Shown here: one piece after another, positions 59,992 to 64,000 of the stretch
Numbering within the stretch: the stretch's first letter is position 1
Layout: each line of letters begins with the position of its first letter
DNA from: Deinococcota bacterium
Lineage (GTDB): Bacteria > Deinococcota > Deinococci > Deinococcales > Thermaceae
Assembly (NCBI GenBank): GCA_041695225.1
Contig: JBGFRI010000048.1
Coordinates: forward strand, 1-64,000
Length of the DNA: 64,000 nucleotides
Reading direction: 5' to 3'
The notes under the pieces: generated by a model
What the model saw: the letters and a program-made list of their open reading frames with translations, nothing else
Told to the model about the DNA's origin: nothing
The model's database searches: none
Made by a program: the position numbers and the translations under genes

Positions 59992-60471
59992 CTAAGCGTA
60001 GATCAGTTCTACCACAGTATAGGTCTGGCTGCCTTTGGGGCTTTTGACCGGCACTTTGTCGCCGGCCTTCTTGCCCATCAGAGCCTGGCCCAGAGGCGAC
60101 TCGTTTGAAATTTTACCGCTAAATACATCCGCCTCGTGGCTGCCCACCATGGTAATACTCATGCGCTGACCGGAGGCGGTTTCTAGCTCTACCGTAACCC
60201 CCAGTTGCACCTCGGTGGGGATGCCCTGGCCCGACGAAACGATCTGTACCCGACCCAGGATATCCTCGAGCTCTGCGATACGACTGTTGTTTTGCCACAT
60301 GGCCCGCCGGGCCTCGTCGTAGCCGGCATTTTCACGCAGATCGCCCTCGGCAATAGCCCGGCCCATCTCATCGGCAATCTGCTGTATTTTGTCGGTTTTC
60401 AGAAAGGCAAGCTCCTGCTCGAGTCGCGCTTTGCCTTCGACGGTAAGGTATACCGGTTTTTTTTCGGACAT
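59992..60471 (-). CDS. greA: Transcription elongation factor GreA
   Basis: YLTVEG, GDLRENAGYDEA, ISNESPLGQALMGK. Confidence 0.95.
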   Translation of the reverse strand: MSEKKPVYLTVEGKARLEQELAFLKTDKIQQIADEMGRAIAEGDLRENAGYDEARRAMWQNNSRIAELEDILGRVQIVSSGQGIPTEVQLGVTVELETASGQRMSITMVGSHEADVFSGKISNESPLGQALMGKKAGDKVPVKSPKGSQTYTVVELIYA

Positions 60472-60766
60472 CAAACAAAACCTCCAGAGGTCTACCGGCT
60501 GCAGACCCAGACCTCAGTATAGTACACTCTGACTCTGGTGCAGTAGCTCAGACTGACCTACACCAATTGCGCCACCAGATAGCCCAGGATGCTGCGGATA
60601 GGGATGTCTAAGCCCTAAAACCGGGCTTGCTCCTGCCGCACCAGGCAGGCCCTGCGAGCGCAGGTGAAGACACAAGGACCTGTAAAGCCAGTCCCAACAA
60701 TACCCAAGGCAAGCAGGGCTTTATCGCCTCATCCAGACTAAGCTTGCACAATGCTTTGGCAAAGTT

Positions 60767-61627
60767 TCAACCAATGGTCCACCCTCGAGCCCTGAATGCC
60801 TCCAGCAGGGGTTTGAAAATGGGCCAGACCGGGCTTTCCCTTGGGTATGGGGGGCGAGGATACCCTCCAGGCAGGCCCAGATGGCGCAGGGCTTGCTTTA
60901 ACAGCACAAAGCCGCCCTGGGCCAGCACCCTTCCAAAGGGCTCTAGCTCGGCCTGCAGGGCCTGGGCCTCGGCCACCTTACCTGCCTGCCACAGCCCCAA
61001 CAGCATCTTGTAGGGTTTGGGGGCCAGATTCGAAACGGCCAGAATGCCGCCGTGGGCCCCGAGCCCCAGGGCGCCCAGAAAAGAGGGCGCATGTCCGGTA
61101 TACAGCTTTAGATCCAACTTTTGTGAAAGGTAAAAGGCCATGCGGGCCAGTTCACCGCTGGAGTCCTTGATACCGCCGATATTGGGGTGCTTGGCCAGGT
61201 CGGCGACAACCGGCAGGGGCATCTGGGTCTTGGTATTGGCAGGGACATGGTAGAGCCAGACCTCGGCTTTGCCCAGGTCGGCAATAGCGCTGAAATAGCG
61301 AAATAACGCGTCGTTACCCAGGTTGGCTTCGTAGTAGCGGGGGGGCGTGACCAGCGCCATGGCCCCCAGGCTTTCGGCCTCGCTCAAAGCAGCAGCAGCC
61401 TGGGCCAGGGTTTCTTCCATTAAGCCCACCATGCTGAACTTCTTTGGGGTCTGGATGGCCAGGCCGGCTGCCCGTTCCTGGCGGGTCAGGTGAACACCCT
61501 CGCCGTTGGAGCCATAAAACAAGAGGCCATCTACGTGCGGCTCGAGGGTCTGGGCCAGCTCACGGAAGGCTTCTGCGTCGAGATTGCCGGAGCTACCGAA
61601 AGGAGTAGGGAGTGGTGGGATAATCAT
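60767..61627 (-). CDS. Dihydrodipicolinate synthase family protein (class I aldolase)
   Basis: PLPTPF, GSNGE, PPRYY, LYHVP, GIKDSSG. Confidence 0.88.
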   Translation of the reverse strand: MIIPPLPTPFGSSGNLDAEAFRELAQTLEPHVDGLLFYGSNGEGVHLTRQERAAGLAIQTPKKFSMVGLMEETLAQAAAALSEAESLGAMALVTPPRYYEANLGNDALFRYFSAIADLGKAEVWLYHVPANTKTQMPLPVVADLAKHPNIGGIKDSSGELARMAFYLSQKLDLKLYTGHAPSFLGALGLGAHGGILAVSNLAPKPYKMLLGLWQAGKVAEAQALQAELEPFGRVLAQGGFVLLKQALRHLGLPGGYPRPPYPRESPVWPIFKPLLEAFRARGWTIG

Positions 61628-61730
61628 GGGTGAGGTTTCCTTTAGCCAAAACCAGGTGATTGTATCGTAAAACCGAGATGGTTAGGGCTGGTGGCTGGCA
61701 GGCAACAATTTGCCAGAAGCGCCCTCTAAA

Positions 61731-63785
61731 TTACTTGCTTCCGCGAAAAACTAGCAAGAGCCAGAGCAAAAGGTGGAGTCCCAACGCAGTGCCCGCAAGG
61801 ACTATCCCCCAACCATTGCCCAGGTGCCATAACCAGAGGCCCCAGGCCAAGACCAGCAGCACCATCAGGCCCCAGCCCTGGCTGTAGGCGGGGCTGCCAG
61901 GAAAAAATAGCTGTACCCCACGCTGCCAGACCCTATTACCCGTAATTCCCTTTGGCCTGGGAAGGAAAAAGCACAGCAGGTGGTAGATGGTTAAGAGCAG
62001 GATGCCAATAGCAATCACCCAGGCCCACAGGGGACTTGGCCAGATCGGGAGATCGCGCCATACGGCAAGGAAGTCTGTGGTGAGGCCCTGCAAGCCGCTG
62101 AGGCTAACCGTGGCAGTGATAATTCTGGGGGTGGGAACCGCCTCACGCGGTACTCCGGCATCGCGGTAAACTGCTGTCCAGAAATCACCCCCGACGCCCA
62201 GCGCCTCACGCACTGCTGCCGAGGTTGGGGCCTGGCGGAAGGCCTGGGCTAAAGCCTCGGGGGTACCGCGCCCCAACAGGACATATGTCCAGGGCGGAGC
62301 CTCCAGGTAGAGCCGCTGTGCTTCGACGGGGTTCTCTTTGGCCTGGGCATAGGCCAGCAGACCCCGCAAAGGGGCAGTATTGGCAAAACCTTTTAGGGTT
62401 TCCTGGGCGGCGCTTGAGCGCAGGGTTCCCCGTGTCAGGCTATCCTGGGCGATTAGGGCTTCGGAACGGGCCATAAAACCCCAGCCCAGCAAGGCTAAGG
62501 CCGCCAGCAGAAATAAAAACAGCAGCAAGGTGCGCTCGCCGGCCGTGGTATAGGCCAGTATGCTGTGGCGCAAGCGCAGTAGCGGATGACGGAGCCAGCC
62601 TACCAGCCAGCCCCCACTGGGACGCACCCCACGGAGCTGGTCGGGTAGATACATCAGGGTCAGGTAAAACAGCATCAAGCCATACAGTCCCAACAACACC
62701 CAGGTCGTGGTCGCCATGTTGGCCGAGGTAAGAGGGCTCTGCCAGCCGGCTACCTGACGCAGGGCCTCCCGGTAGCGTTGCCCCAGGTCGGGGCGCCCCT
62801 GGGCCTCGAGCCAGCCCACCTGCTCCCAGAGCATGGCCCTGGCACCGGGCGCCTGGGGCATATACCTGAGAAAAAACTCCGACCAGACCAGGCTCTGATC
62901 CAGCCCCTGGTTTCTTGCGGTGCGTATCTGCATTAACCAGGGCTCTAGCCAGAGCATCACCCCCGGGCCCCAGACCAGCTCGGGCCGGTGGGTTCGTTGC
63001 AGCAGATCCCGCCCGGCGGCCTCGAGGTCGGCCGCACCAAGACGCCCAACCTCGCGGCTGAAAAAGTACCAGTAGGGCCGGTTGGCGGTCAGACTCTGGT
63101 CGAGCTGGGTAGCTTCTGCGGTGGCCAGGGTCTGAAAGTATTCACGAATGACCGAGAGGCTCTCCCACCTGCCCTCAAAAGGCTTGCTAGCAAAAGCCCC
63201 CAGGCTTAGTCTGCGCCCATCCTCAAGCAGCACCGTTACCTCGGCGTCGGCCTCCAGGGCCCGAACCTCTCCGGGAGGGTAGTGCTGCGCTACCACCCTG
63301 GGGTTTAGCAGGTCTATCTCGAGTACCAAGGGGCCTCGGGCAATAAAGGCCCGCTGTGCGAGTATCTTCGGGCCAATCCACTCCCCCTTGAGCGGCAGCC
63401 TCCAGTCGCCCAGCACCAGCCCGTCGGGCTGGAGGGTGGGTGTGGGTATATCGGGCTCAACCGGCGCTGCGGGCTGGGCTGGGGTGGGCGTGGCAGGGGT
63501 GGCCTGTACTCGAGTCTGCGCCACTACGTCTCGTTCCCCCACCCGGACGCTTAGCCTGTAGACACCCACAGCAGACGGTGTCCAGGAGGTTGCGATCCTG
63601 CCGTTTGAGGTCTTTAAGTCTATCTGCGTAGCCGCGGTATCGGACTCAATGGTAAGTGAGTACTGTCCAGGGGGGAAGTCTGCCCCGCGAATTTCCAGGG
63701 GCTGCCCAGCCTGGGCCTCGGGTGGCACCAAGAGGCTCTGGGCCAGCGCCACACCGGATAGGAGAACTCCTGCCATCCATCGCAT
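61731..63785 (-). CDS. Hypothetical membrane protein with signal peptide
   Basis: 684-aa ORF; ALAQ cleavage motif, Pro/Thr linker, several TM segments; no family recognised. Confidence 0.75.
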   Translation of the reverse strand: MRWMAGVLLSGVALAQSLLVPPEAQAGQPLEIRGADFPPGQYSLTIESDTAATQIDLKTSNGRIATSWTPSAVGVYRLSVRVGERDVVAQTRVQATPATPTPAQPAAPVEPDIPTPTLQPDGLVLGDWRLPLKGEWIGPKILAQRAFIARGPLVLEIDLLNPRVVAQHYPPGEVRALEADAEVTVLLEDGRRLSLGAFASKPFEGRWESLSVIREYFQTLATAEATQLDQSLTANRPYWYFFSREVGRLGAADLEAAGRDLLQRTHRPELVWGPGVMLWLEPWLMQIRTARNQGLDQSLVWSEFFLRYMPQAPGARAMLWEQVGWLEAQGRPDLGQRYREALRQVAGWQSPLTSANMATTTWVLLGLYGLMLFYLTLMYLPDQLRGVRPSGGWLVGWLRHPLLRLRHSILAYTTAGERTLLLFLFLLAALALLGWGFMARSEALIAQDSLTRGTLRSSAAQETLKGFANTAPLRGLLAYAQAKENPVEAQRLYLEAPPWTYVLLGRGTPEALAQAFRQAPTSAAVREALGVGGDFWTAVYRDAGVPREAVPTPRIITATVSLSGLQGLTTDFLAVWRDLPIWPSPLWAWVIAIGILLLTIYHLLCFFLPRPKGITGNRVWQRGVQLFFPGSPAYSQGWGLMVLLVLAWGLWLWHLGNGWGIVLAGTALGLHLLLWLLLVFRGSK

Positions 63786-64000
63786 ATGGCCATTTTATTC
63801 CACCCCCAAGTGGGGTTGTAAACGCTAAGGTTAGAACAACCCCGGCAAAGCCCTGTTCAAGAAGCACTTTTATAAGTGTTGAGCTGGCAGAGCCAGGCTA
63901 GAGCTAGCCAATTCTGAAGGTGGAGTGCTTGGCCTTATGGTCTGGCTCTACATGAATGGTGACATGAATCCCATCCAGGTGGGCTCTCAGTACCTGCTCA

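Noticed and set aside
56086..61627. Calling either DapA-like gene dapA
   Set aside because: 56086..57027 sits in the hpa operon; 60767..61627 has GSNGE and no lysine-pathway context, so only family-level calls are justified.

Overview
A 64 kb bacterial chromosomal segment of roughly 60% GC. Protein sequences, many apparently leaderless genes and gene order point to the Deinococcus-Thermus phylum, most like Meiothermus (inference). Core content: fatty-acid beta-oxidation genes (fadN-type dehydrogenase, thiolase) with twin FadR-like operators, a low-GC Dam methylase plus a small PD-(D/E)XK nuclease, guaD, an LDH-like protein lacking catalytic residues, a ureohydrolase, glcD, mgtE, two toxin-antitoxin pairs, ffh-rpsP-khpA-rimM-trmD-rplS, carB, ferritin, sulfurtransferases, a Fur-family regulator, an AA5 copper-radical oxidase lipoprotein, a ~20 kb phenylacetate/4-hydroxyphenylacetate catabolic cluster (paaK/I/J/H, liv-type ABC transporter, hpaR-I-G-E-B-C-D), sufE and greA. 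No rRNA, tRNA, CRISPR array or transposase was recognised. The most striking signal is a set of miniature mobile DNAs. (1) A ~42-bp element that duplicates an AT target occurs at six loci. It frameshifts one gene, sits in frame inside a GNAT enzyme, supplies the translation start region of a Uma2 nuclease gene, and is nested with other palindromic repeats. (2) A DUF559 endonuclease gene bracketed by inverted REP hairpins lies antisense inside the hpa operon. (3) Heptamer arrays sit at gene junctions, one set enclosing an internally deleted four-helix-bundle gene. All alignments and counts were done by eye.
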